Shown here: positions 52,088 through 64,000 of the stretch, piece by piece
How positions within the stretch are numbered: the stretch's first letter is position 1
Layout of the letters: the number at the start of each line of letters is the position of its first letter
Assembly: GCA_040954595.2 (NCBI GenBank)
Contig: CM082581.2
Coordinates: forward strand, 1,666,699 to 1,730,698
DNA from: Balanoglossus misakiensis
Lineage: Eukaryota > Animalia > Hemichordata
DNA: 64,000 bases
Reading direction: 5' to 3'
Notes under the pieces: generated by a model
The model's input: only the letters and a program-made list of their open reading frames with translations
Database searches by the model: none
Told to the model about the DNA's origin: nothing
Program-made: the position numbers and the translations under genes

Positions 52088-53098
52088 ATAATAATAATAA
52101 TAATAATATTTAATTCTTAAAAACGCACTCCACAAACGTCTCAGTGCGCTGAACAAAGTATTAAAAAGATACAAAAAACAACTACTACAGTTACGAGTAA
52201 AACTTGTTAAAAAGATGGGTCTTCAAACAACGTTTAAAAGAAGTAGTATTTCTGGCACAACGAATTTCTGAAGGCAGTGCATTCCACAGCAAAGGGGCAC
52301 ATACCGAAAAAGCTCTCTGACCGTAGGACTTATTAAAATATCCGCGAGGAGGAGTTAAACGTAATTTCTCAGAAGATCGCAGATTTCTTGACGGTACGTA
52401 CAGATCAATTAAATCGGTCAGATAAAGCGGTGCATCACCTCTAACAATCTTAAAAGTAGTCAATAAAATTTTGAATTGTATACGAGCTTTCACAGGTAAC
52501 CAGTGTAAATCAATGAAAACAGGGGTGATGTGGTCATATTTGCGTGTACCTGTGACGAGGCGGGCTGCTGCATTTTGAACAGACTGCAGACGGATCAGCT
52601 GGTCATTTGAGATGCCATAGAACAGACTGTTACAATAGTCGAGTCTAGAGGTAACGAATGCATGAATGAGTTTCTCGGTAGTGGGCTTGTCGAGTAATTT
52701 ACGAATTTTACCGATTCTTGATAAAGAGAAATATGCGTTCCTACAAAGTTGACTGATATGTTCACACATAAAGCCATCCCTGTTGAGAATAACACCAAGA
52801 TTCCGAACGAAAGGAGAGGGAGTGATGCTATGTTTACCAATCCTGAGGTTATGCAGTTCTGCCATATCGTGTTTCAAGCGTGATGAAAAATGAATAACTT
52901 CGGTCTTGTTATCGTTCAGCACCAGCATGTTACTTCTCATCCATCCACGAATATCATCAACGCACATTTCAACGCCGGCGCTAACATCTTCAGGTTTATT
53001 GCAGATAATGTACAACTGTGTGTCATCAGCGTACATCATGTAGTCAAGATTATGGCCTACTATAATATCCTCTAGTGGTGCTGTGTAGAGCGTGAATA
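52087..53098 (-). mobile_element. 5'-truncated L2-clade LINE (~1.0 kb) inserted in satellite C
   Basis: It comprises the C-terminal half of an RT ORF, an ~80-bp 3' UTR with a stem-loop (CGCACT 52124-52129 / AGTGCG 52143-52148) and an (ATT)7 tail (52087-52107). It interrupts a GCCGTTATTTA^TCCCCTCCC monomer. There is no clear TSD. Confidence 0.93.
52191..53098 (-). CDS. Partial LINE ORF2: reverse transcriptase C-terminal region (L2 clade), N-terminally truncated
   Basis: Motifs present are FTLYTAPL, YADDTQLY (catalytic YxDD), WMRSNMLVLNDNKTE, VRNLGV, SRLDYCNSL, LQSVQNAAARL and HITPVFIDLHWLPV. The frame is open for ~300 codons to TAA at 52191-52193. The first ~14 aa of the listed 317-aa ORF are satellite-derived. 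Confidence 0.92.
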
Positions 53099-56000
53099 TC
53101 CCCTCCCCTCCCAAGAATGGCGGCAACAAATTCATTGCTCTCATTTCTCCCCTCCCAATAATGGCGGCAATAAATTCTCTGCCATCATTTCTCCCCTCCC
53201 AAGGATTGCGGCAATAAATTCACTGCCATCATTTCTCCCCTCCCGTGAATGGCGGCAACAAATTCTCAGCCGTTAATTATCCCCTCCCAAGAATGGCGGC
53301 AACAAACTCTCAGCCCATCGTTTCTCCCCTCCCAAGGATGGCGGCAATAAATTCACTGCAATCATTGCTCCCCTACCAAGGGGCGGCAATAAATTCCCTG
53401 TCATCATTTCTCCCCTCCCGTGAATGGCGGCAACAAATTCTCAGCCGTAATTTATCCCCTCCCAAGAATGGCGGCAACAAACTCTCTGCTCTCATTTCTC
53501 CCCTCCAAATAATGGAGGCAATAAATTCTCTGCCATCATTTTTCCCCTGCCAAGAATGTAAGCAACAAACTCTCAGCCGTTATTTCTCCCCTCCCAAGGA
53601 TGGCGGCAATAAATTCACTGCAATCATTTCTCCCCTACCAAGGGGAGGCAATAAATTCCCTGCCATCATATCTCCCCTCCCAAAAATGGCAGCATAAATT
53701 CTCTGCCATCGTTTCAACCCCTCCCAAGGATGGCGGCAATAAATTCACTGCCATCATTTCTCCCCTCCCAAGGATGGCGGCAATAAATTCACTGCCATCA
53801 TTTCTCCCCTCCCGTGAATGGCGGCAACAAATTCTCAGCCGTTAATTATCCCCTCCCAAGAATGGCGGCAACAAATTCTCTGCTCTCATTTCTCCCCTCC
53901 CAATAATGGCGGCAATAAATTCTCTGCCATCATATTTCCCCTGTCAAGAATGGAAGCAACAAACTCTCTGCCATCATTTCTCCACTCCCAAGAATTGCAG
54001 GATTACATTCTCTGCCATCGTTTCTCCCCTCCCAAGGATGGCGGCAATAAATTCACTGCCATCATTTCTCCCCTCCCGTGAATGGCGGCAACAAATTCTC
54101 TGCTCTCATTTCTCCCCTCCCAAGAATGGCAGCAAAAATTCTCTGCCATCGTTTCTCCCCTCCCAAGGATGGCGGCAATAAATTCACTGCCATCATTTCT
54201 CCCCTCCCGTGAATGGCGGCAATAAATTCTCTGCCATCATTTCTCCCCTCCCAAGAATGGCAGCAAAAATTCTCTGCCATCGTTTCTCCCCTCCCAAGGA
54301 TGGCGGCAACAAATTCTCTGCTCTCATTTATCCCCTCCCAATAATGGCGGCAATAAATTCTCTGCCATCATTTCCCCCCTGCCATGAATGGAAGCAACAA
54401 ACTCTCTGCCATCATTTCTCCCCTCCCAAGAATGGCGGCAACAAATTCTCTTCCATCGTTTCTCCCCTCCCAAGGATGGCGGCAATAAATTCTCTGCCAT
54501 CATTTCTCCCCTCCCAATATTGGCGGCAATAAATTCTCTGCAATCATTTCTCCCCTCCCGTGAATGGCAGCAACAAATTCTCAGCCGTTATTTATCCCCT
54601 CCCAAGAATGGCGGCAACAAATTCTCTGCTCTCATTTATCCCCTCCCAATAATAGCGGCAATAAATTCTCTGCCATCATTTCTCCCCTGCCAAGAATGCA
54701 AGCAACAAACTCTCTGCCATCATTTCTCCCCTCCCAAGAATGGCAGCAATTAATTCTCTGCCATCGTTTCTCCCCTCCCAAGGATGGCGGCAATAAATTC
54801 ACTGCCATCATTTCTCCCCTCCCAAGAATGGCAGCATAAATTCACTGCCATCGTTTCAACCCCTCCCAAGGATGGCGGCCATAAATTCACTGCCATCATT
54901 TCTTCCCTCCCAAGGATGGCGGCAATAAATTCACTGCCATCATTTCTCCCCTCCCGTGAATGGCGGCAACAAATTCTCAGCCATTAATTATCCCCTCCCA
55001 AGAATGGCGGCAACAAATTCTCTGCTCTCATTTCTCCCCTCCCAATAATGGCGGCAATAAATTCTCTGCCATCATATTTCCCCTGTCAAGAATGGAAGCA
55101 ACAAACTCTCTGCCATCATTTCTCCACTCCCAAGAATTGCAGGATTACATTCTCTGCCATCGTTTCTCCCCTCCCAAGGATGGCGGCAATAAATTCACTG
55201 CCATCATTTCTCCCCTCCCAAGGATGGCGGCAATAAATTCTCTGCCATCATTTCTCCCCTCCCGTGAATGGCGGCAACAAATTCTCTGCTCTCATTTCTC
55301 CCCTCCCAAGAATGGCAGCAAAAATTCTCTGCCATCGTTTCTCCCCTCCCAAGGATGGCGGCAATAAATTCACTGCCATCATTTCTCCCCTCCCGTGAAT
55401 GGCGGCAATAAATTCTCTGCCATCATTTCTCCCCTCCCAAGAATGGCAGCAAAAATTCTCTGCCATCGTTTCTCCCCTCCCAAGGATGGCGGCAACAAAT
55501 TCTCTGCTCTCATTTATCCCCTCCCAATAATGGCGGCAATAAATTCTCTGCCATCATTTCCCCCCTGCCATGAATGGAAGCAACAAACTCTCTGCCATCA
55601 TTTCTCCCCTCCCAAGAATGGCGGCAACAAATTCTCTTCCATCGTTTCTCCCCTCCCAAGGATGGCGGCAATAAATTCTCTGCCATCATTTCTCCCCTCC
55701 CAATATTGGCGGCAATAAATTCTCTGCAATCATTTCTCCCCTCCCGTGAATGGCAGCAACAGATTCTCAGCCGTTATTTATCCCCTCCCAAGAATGGCGG
55801 CAACAAATTCTCTGCTCTCATTTATCCCCTCCCAATAATAGCGGCAATAAATTCTCTGCCATCATTTCTCCCCTGCCAAGAATGCAAGCAACAAACTCTC
55901 TGCCATCATTTCTCCCCTCCCAAGAATGGCAGCAATTAATTCTCTGCCATCGTTTCTCCCCTCCCAAGGATGGCGGCAATAAATTCACTGCCATCATTTC

Positions 56001-59000
56001 TCCCCTCCCAAGAATGGCAGCATAAATTCACTGCCATCGTTTCAACCCCTCCCAAGGATGGCGGCCATAAATTCACTGCCATCATTTCTTCCCTCCCAAG
56101 GATGGCGGCAATAAATTCACTGCCATCATTTCTCCCCTCCCGTGAATGGCGGCAACAAATTCTCAGCCATTAATTATCCCCTCCCAAGAATGGCGGCAAC
56201 AAATTCTCTGCTCTCATTTCTCCCCTCCCAATAATGGCGGCAATAAATTCTCTGCCATCATATTTCCCCTGTCAAGAATGGAAGCAACAAACTCTCAGCC
56301 ATCATTTCTCCCCTCCCAAGAATGGCAGCAATAAATTCTCTGCCATCGTTTCTCCCCTCCCAAGGATGGCGGCAATAAATTCACTGCCATTATTTCTCCC
56401 CTCCCGTGAATGGCGGCAACAAATTCTCAGCCGTTATTTATCCCCTCCCAAAAATGGCGGCAACAAATTCTCTGCTCTCATTTATCCCCTCCCAATAATG
56501 GCGGCAATAAATTCTCTGCCATCATTTCTCCCCTGCCATGAATGGAAGCAACAAACTCTCTGCCATCATTTCTCCCCTCCCAAGAATGGCGGCAACAAAT
56601 TCTCTTCCATCGTTTCTCCCCTCCCAAGGATGGCGGCAATACATTCACTGCCATCATTTCTCCGCTCCCAAGAATGGCAGCATAAATTCTCTGCCATCGT
56701 TTCAACCCCTCCCAAGGATGGCGGCCATAAATTCACTGCCATCATTTCTCCCCTCCCAAGGATGGCGGCAATAAATTCACTGCCATCATTTCTCCCCTCC
56801 CGTGAATGGCGGCAACAAATTCTCAGCCATTAATTATCCCCTCCCAAGAATGGCGGCAACAAATTCTATGCTCTCATTTCTCCCCTCCCAATAATGGCGG
56901 CAATAAATTCTCTGCCATCATATTTCCCCTGTCAAGAATGGAAGCAACAAACTCTCAGCCATCATTTCTCCCCTCCCAAGAATGGCAGCAATAAATTCTC
57001 TGCCATCGTTTCTCCCCTCCCAAGGATGGCGGCAATAAATTCACTGCCATTATTTCTCCCCTCCCGTGAATGGCGGCAACAAATTCTCAGCCGTTATTTA
57101 TCCCCTCCCAAGAATGGCGGCAACAAATTCTCTGCTCTCATTTATCCCCTCCCAATAATGGCGGCAATAAATTCTCTGCCATCATTTCTCCCCTGCCATG
57201 AATGGAAGCAACAAACTCTCTGCCATCATTTCTCCCCTCCCAAGAATGGCGGCAACAAATTCTCTTCCATCGTTTCTCCCCTCCCAAGGATGGCGGCAAT
57301 AAATTCACTACCATCATTTCTCCCCTCCCAAGGATGGCGGCAATAAATTCCCTGCAATCATTTCTCCCCTCCCGTTAATGGCGGCAACAAATTCTCTGCT
57401 CTCATTTATCCCCTCCCAATAATAGCGGCAATAAATTCTCTGCCATCATTTCTCCCCTGCCAAGAATGGAAGCAACAAACTCTCTGCCATCATTTCTCCC
57501 CTCCCAAGAATGGCAGCAATTAATTCTCTGCCATCGTTTCTCCCCTCCCAAGGATGGCGGCAATACATTCCCTGCCAACATTTCTCCCCTCCCAAGGAGG
57601 GCGGCAATAAATTCCCTGCCATCATTTCTCTCCTCCCGTGAATGGCGGCAACAAATTCCCGGCCGTTATTTATCCCCTCCCAAGGATGGCGGCAATAAAT
57701 TCACTGCCATCATTTCTCCCCTCCCAAGGATGGCGGCAATAAATTCCCTGCCATCATTTCTCTCCTCCCGTGAATGGCGGCAACAAAGTTTACTCTCTGC
57801 CCCCATTTCTCCCCTCCCAAGAATAGCGGCAACAAATTCTCTGCCATCATTTCTCCCCTCCCAAGGATGGCGGCAATAAATTCCCTGCTATCATTTCTCC
57901 CCTCCCGTGAATGGCGGCAACAAATTCTCTGCTCTCATTTCTCCCCTCCCAATAAAGGCGGCAATAAATTCTCTGCCATCGTTTCTCCCCTGCCAAGAAT
58001 GGCCGCAACAAACTCTCAGCCGTTATTTCTCCCCACCCGAGAATGGCGGCAACAAAGTTTACCCTCTGCCATCATTTCTCCCCTCCCAAGAATGGCAGCA
58101 TAAATTCTCTGCCATCGTTTCTCCCCTCCCAAGGATGGCGGCAATTAATTCACTGCCATCATTTCTCCCCTCCCAAGGATGGCGGCAATAAATTCTCTGC
58201 CATCATTTCTCCCCTCCCGAGAATAGCGGCAACAAACTCTCTGCCATTATTTCTCCCCTACCAAGAATAGCGGCAATAAATTCCCAGCCATCGTTTCTCC
58301 CCTCCCAAGGATGGCGGCAAAAAATTCACTGCCATATTTCTCCCCTACCAAGGATGGCGGCAATAAATTCCCTGCCATCATTTCTCCCCTCCCGTGAATG
58401 GCGGCAACAAATTCTCAGCCGTTAATTATCCCCTCCCAAGAATGGCGGCAACAAACTCTCAGCCGTTATTTCTCCCCTCCCAAGGATGGCGGCAATAAAT
58501 TCACTGCAATCATTTCTCCCCTACCAAGGGACGGCAATAAATTCCCTGCCATCATTTCTCCCCTCCCGTGAATGGCGGCAACAAATTCTCAGCCGTTATT
58601 TATCCCCTCCCAAGAATGGCGGCAACAAATTCTCTGCTCTCGGTTCTCCACTCCCAATAATGGCGGCAATAAATTCTCTGCCATCATTTCTCCCCTGCCA
58701 AGAATGGAAGCAATAAATTCTCTGCCATCGTTTCTCCCCTCCCAAGGATGGCAGCAATAAATTCACTGCCATCATTTCTCCCCTCCCAAGGATGGCGGCA
58801 ATAATTTCCCTGCCATCATTTCTCCCCTCCCGTGAATGGCGGCAACAAATTCTCAGCCGTTATTTATCCCCTCCCAAGAATGGCGGCAACAAATTCTCTG
58901 CTCTCATTTCTCCCGTCCCAATAATGGCGGCAATAAATTCTCTGCCATCATTTCTCCCCTGCCAAGAATGGAAGCAACAAACTCTCTGCCATCATTTCTC

Positions 59001-62000
59001 CCCTCCCAAGAATGGCAGCAATAAATTGTCTGCCATCGTTTCTCCCCTCCCAAGGATGGCGGCAATAAATTCAATGCCATCATTTCTCCCCTCCCAAGGA
59101 TGGCGGCAATAAATTCCCTGCCATCATTTCTCTCCTCCCGTGAATGGCGGCAACAAATTTTCAGCCGTTATTTATCCCCTCCCAAGAATGGCGGCAACAA
59201 ATTCTCTGCTCTCATTTCTCCCCTCCCAATATTGGCGGCAATAAATTCTCTGCCATCATTTCTCCCCTCCCGAGAATGGCGGCAACAAACTCTCTGCCAT
59301 CATTTCTCCCCTCCCAAGAATGGCAGCAAAAATTCTCTGCCATCGTTTCTCCCCTCCCAAGGATGGCGGCAACAAATTCTCTGCTCTCATTTATCCCTTC
59401 CCAATAATAGCGGCAATAAATTCTCCGCCATCATTTCTCCCCTGCCAAGAATGGAAGCAACAAACTCTCTGCCATCATTTCTCCCCTCCCAAGAAAGGCA
59501 GCAATTAATTCTCTGCCATCGTTTCTCCCCTCCCGTGAATGGCGGCAATAAATTCTCTGCCATCATTTCTTCCCTCCCAAAAATGGCAGCGAAAATTCTC
59601 TGCCATCGTTTCTCCCCTCCCAAGGATGGCGGCAACAAATTCTCTGCTCTCATTTATCCCCTCCCAATAATGGCGGCAATAAATTCTCTGCCATCATTTC
59701 TCCCCTGCCATGAATGGAAGCAACAAACTCTCTGCCATCATTTCTCCCCTCCCAAGAATGGCGGCAACAAATTCTCTTACATCGTTTCTCCCCTCCCAAG
59801 GATGGCGGCAATAAATTCTCTGCCATCATTTCTCCCCTCCCAATATTGGCGGCAATAAATTCTCTGCAATCATTTCTCCCCTCCCGTGAATGGCAGCAAC
59901 AAATTCTCAGCCGTTATTTATCCCCTCCCAAGAATGGCGGCAACAAATTCTCTGCTCTCATTTATCCCCTCCCAATAATAGCGGCAATAAATTCTCTGCC
60001 ATCATTTCTCCCCTGCCAAGAATGCAAGCAACAAACTCTCTGCCATCATTTCTCCCCTCCCAAGAATGGCAGCAATTAATTCTCTGCCATCGTTTCTCCC
60101 CTCCCAAGGATGGCGGCAATAAATTCACTGCCATCATTTCTCCCCTCCCAAGAATGGCAGCATAAATTCACTGCCATCGTTTCAACCCCTCCCAAGGATG
60201 GCGGCCATAAATTCACTGCCATAATTTCTCCCCTCCCAAGGATGGCGGCAATAAATTCACTGCCATCATTTCTCCCCTCCCGTGAATGGCGGCAACAAAT
60301 TCTCAGCCATTAATTATCCCCTCCCAAGAATGGCGGCAACAAATTCTCTGCTCTCATTTCTCCCCTCCCAATAATGGCGGCAATAAATTCTCTGCCATCA
60401 TATTTCCCCTGTCAAGAATGGAAGCAACAAACTCTCAGCCATCATTTCTCCCCTCCCAAGAATGGTAGCAATAAATTCTCTGCCATCGTTTCTCCCCTCC
60501 CAAGGATGGCGGCAATAAATTCACTGCCATTATTTCTCCCCTCCCGTGAATGGCGGCAACAAATTCTCAGCCGTTATTTATCCCCTCCCAATAATGGCGG
60601 CAATAAATTCTCTGCCATCATTTCTCCCCTGCCATGAATGGAAGCAACAAACTCTCTGCCATCATTTCTCCCCTCCCAAGAATGGCAGCAAAAATTCTCT
60701 GCCATCGTTTCTCCCCTCCCAAGGATGGCGGCAACAAATTCTCTGCTCTCATTTATCCCTTCCCAATAATAGCGGCAATAAATTCTCCGCCATCATTTCT
60801 CCCCTGCCAAGAATGGAAGCAACAAACTCTCTGCCATCATTTCTCCCCTCCCAAGAATGGTAGCAATAAATTCTCTGCCATCGTTTCTCCCCTCCCAAGG
60901 ATGGCGGCAATAAATTCACTGCCATTATTTCTCCCCTCCCGTGAATGGCGGCAACAAATTCTCAGCCGTTATTTATCCCCTCCCAATAATGGCGGCAATA
61001 AATTCTCTGCCATCATTTCTCCCCTGCCATGAATGGAAGCAACAAACTCTCAGCCATCATTTCTCCCCTCCCAAGAATGGCAGCAAAAATTCTCTGCCAT
61101 CGTTTCTCCCCTCCCAAGGATGGCGGCAACAAATTCTCTGCTCTCATTTATCCCTTCCCAATAATAGCGGCAATAAATTCTCCGCCATCATTTCTCCCCT
61201 GCCAAGAATGGAAGCAACAAACTCTCTGCCATCATTTCTCCCCTCCCAAGAAAGGCAGCAATTAATTCTCTGCCATCGTTTCTCCCCTCCCGTGAATGGC
61301 GGCAATAAATTCTCTGCCATCATTTCTTCCCTCCCAAAAATGGCAGCGAAAATTCTCTGCCATCGTTTCTCCCCTCCCAAGGATGGCGGCAACAAATTCT
61401 CTGCTCTCATTTATCCCCTCCCAATAATGGCGGCAATAAATTCTCTGCCATCATTTCTCCCCTGCCATGAATGGAAGCAACAAACTCTCTGCCATCATTT
61501 CTCCCCTCCCAAGAATGGCGGCAACAAATTCTCTTACATCGTTTCTCCCCTCCCAAGGATGGCGGCAATAAATTCTCTGCCATCATTTCTCCCCTCCCAA
61601 TATTGGCGGCAATAAATTCTCTGCAATCATTTCTCCCCTCCCAAGAATGGCAGCAATTAATTCTCTGCCATCGTTTCTCCCCTCCCAAGGATGGCGGCAA
61701 TAAATTCACTGCCATCATTTCTCCCCTCCCAAGAATGGCAGCATAAATTCACTGCCATCGTTTCAACCCCTCCCAAGGATGGCGGCCATAAATTCACTGC
61801 CATAATTTCTCCCCTCCCAAGGATGGCGGCAATAAATTCACTGCCATCATTTCTCCCCTCCCGTGAATGGCGGCAACAAATTCTCAGCCATTAATTATCC
61901 CCTCCCAAGAATGGCGGCAACAAATTCTCTGCTCTCATTTCTCCCCTCCCAATAATGGCGGCAATAAATTCTCTGCCATCATATTTCCCCTGTCAAGAAT

Positions 62001-64000
62001 GGAAGCAACAAACTCTCAGCCATCATTTCTCCCCTCCCAAGAATGGTAGCAATAAATTCTCTGCCATCGTTTCTCCCCTCCCAAGGATGGCGGCAATAAA
62101 TTCACTGCCATTATTTCTCCCCTCCCGTGAATGGCGGCAACAAATTCTCAGCCGTTATTTATCCCCTCCCAATAATGGCGGCAATAAATTCTCTGCCATC
62201 ATTTCTCCCCTGCCATGAATGGAAGCAACAAACTCTCTGCCATCATTTCTCCCCTCCCAAGAATGGCGGCAACAAATTCTCTTCCATCGTTTCTCCCCTC
62301 CCAAGGATGGCGGCAATAAATTCACTGCCATCATTTCTCCCCTCCCAAGAATGGCAGCATAAATTATCTGCCATCGTTTCAACCCCTCCCAAGGATGGCG
62401 GCCATAAATTCACTGCCATCATTTCTCCCCTCCCAAGGATGGCGGCAATAAATTCACTGCCATCATTTCTCCCCTCCCGTGAATGGCGGCAACAAATTCT
62501 CAGCCATTAATTATCCCCTCCCAAGAATGGCGGCAACAAATTCTCTGCTCTCATTTCTCCTCTCCCAATAATGGCGGCAATAAATTCTCTGCCATCATAT
62601 TTCCCCTGTCAAGAATGGAAGCAACAAACTCTCAGCCATCATTTCTCCCCTCCCAAGAATGGCAGCAATAAATTCATTGCCGTTATTTATCCCCTCCCAA
62701 GAATGGCGGCAACAAATTCTCTGCTCTCATTTATCCCCTCCCAATAATGGCGGCAATAAATTCTCTGCCATCATTTCTCCCCTGCCATGAATGGAAGCAA
62801 CAAACTCTCTGCTATCATTTCTCCCCTCCCAAGAATGGCGGCAACAAATTCTCTTCCATCGTTTCTCCCCTCCCAAGGATGGCGGCAATAAATTCACTGC
62901 CATCATTTCTCCCCTCCCAATAATGGCGGCAATAAATTCTCTGCCATCATTTCTCCCCTGCCATGAATGGAAGCAACAAACTCTCTGCCATCATTTCTCC
63001 CCTCCCAAGAATGGCGGCAACAAATTCTCTTCCATCGTGTCTCCCCTCCCAAGGATGGCGGCAATAAATTCTCTGCCATCATTTCTCCCCTCCCAATATT
63101 GGCGGCAATAAATTCACTGCCATTATTTCTCCCCTCCCGTGAACGGCGGCAACAAATTCTCAGCCGTTATTTATCCCCTCCCAAGAATGGCGGCAACAAA
63201 TTCTCTGCTCTCATTTATCCCCTCCCAATAATAGCGGCAATAAATTCTCTGCCATCATTTCTCCCCTGCCAAGAATGGAAGCAACAAACTCTCTGCCATC
63301 ATTTCTCCCCTCCCAAGAATGGCAGCAATTAATTCTCTGCCATCGTTTCTCCCCTCCCAAGGATGGCGGCAATACATTCCCTGCCATCATTTCTCCCCTC
63401 CCAAGAAGGGCGGCAATAAATTCCCTGCCATCATTTCTCTCCTCCCGTGAATGGCGGCAACAAATTCCCGGCCGTTATTTATCCCCTCCCAAGAATGGCG
63501 GCAACAAATTCTCTGCTCTCGTTTCTCCCTTCCCAATAATGGCGGCAATAAATTCTCTGCCATCATTTCTCCCCTCCCGAGAATGGCGGCAACAAATCCT
63601 CTGCCATCATTTCTCCCCTCCCAAGAATGGCAGCAAAAATTCTCTGCCATTGTTTCACCCCTCCCAAGGATGGCGGCAATAAATTCACTGCGATCATTTC
63701 TCCCCTCCCAAGAATGGCAGCAAAAATTCTCTGCCATCGTTTCTCCCCTCCCAAGGATGGCGGCAATAAATTCCCTGCCATTATTTCTCCCCTCCCGTGA
63801 ATGGCGGCAACAAATTCTCAGCCGTTATTTATCCCCTCCCAAGAATGGCGGCAACAAATTCTCTGCTCTCATTTATCCCCTCCCAATAATGGCGGCAATA
63901 AATTCTCTGCCATCATTTCTCCCCTCCCAAGAATGGCAGCAACAAATTCTCTTCCATCGTTTTTCCCCTCCCAAGGATGGCGGCAATAAATTCACTGCCA
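53099..64000. repeat. Satellite C, 44-bp monomer, right block (open at window end)
   Basis: It has the same consensus, orientation and variant monomers as 30847-52087. Confidence 0.97.

Noticed and set aside
52087-52107. Independent (AAT)n microsatellite or telomere-like repeat
   Set aside because: It lies directly after the L2 3' UTR stem-loop and is best explained as the element's tail.
30927-63989. MAAINSLPSFLPS-type ORFs in satellite C
   Set aside because: The 44-bp unit is not a multiple of 3, so the ORFs simply cycle through frames. The ATGGCGGC start context is part of the monomer.
30847-64000. CRISPR-like array (short palindromic repeats)
   Set aside because: Units are head-to-tail with no unique spacers and no cas genes, and the context (LINEs) is eukaryotic.
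30847-64000. Canonical G-quadruplex array on the minus strand
   Set aside because: There are only two G-runs of three or more per 44-bp unit, so a four-run structure would need a loop of ~35 nt.

Overview
This window is eukaryotic (probably metazoan) heterochromatin-type DNA, about 95% tandem satellite, and I found no cellular genes. From left to right it contains: (A) an AT-rich 78-bp satellite (1-5997); (B) a homologous 88-bp satellite, which is satellite A plus a 10-bp insert, switching strand at ~6624 and running to ~28376 with layered kb-scale duplications; a 2.5-kb non-satellite island (28377-30846); and (C) an unrelated 44-bp satellite with an internal dyad (30847-64000). The island holds a minus-strand Rex1/Babar-type LINE endonuclease fragment. 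That fragment is split by a 1647-bp non-autonomous TIR element with TATGG...CCATA ends, a 6-bp TTTTAC target-site duplication (IS3EU-like signature) and arms made of an inverted 21/42-bp minisatellite. Satellite C is interrupted by a 5'-truncated L2-clade LINE with an uninterrupted reading frame (~52087-53098). Nearly all ORFs in the supplied track are artefacts of translating satellite. The organism, and whether this region is centromeric, cannot be determined from sequence alone. I see no evidence of a new protein-coding system. The most interesting items are the nested minisatellite-armed transposon and the captured transition from one satellite to another.
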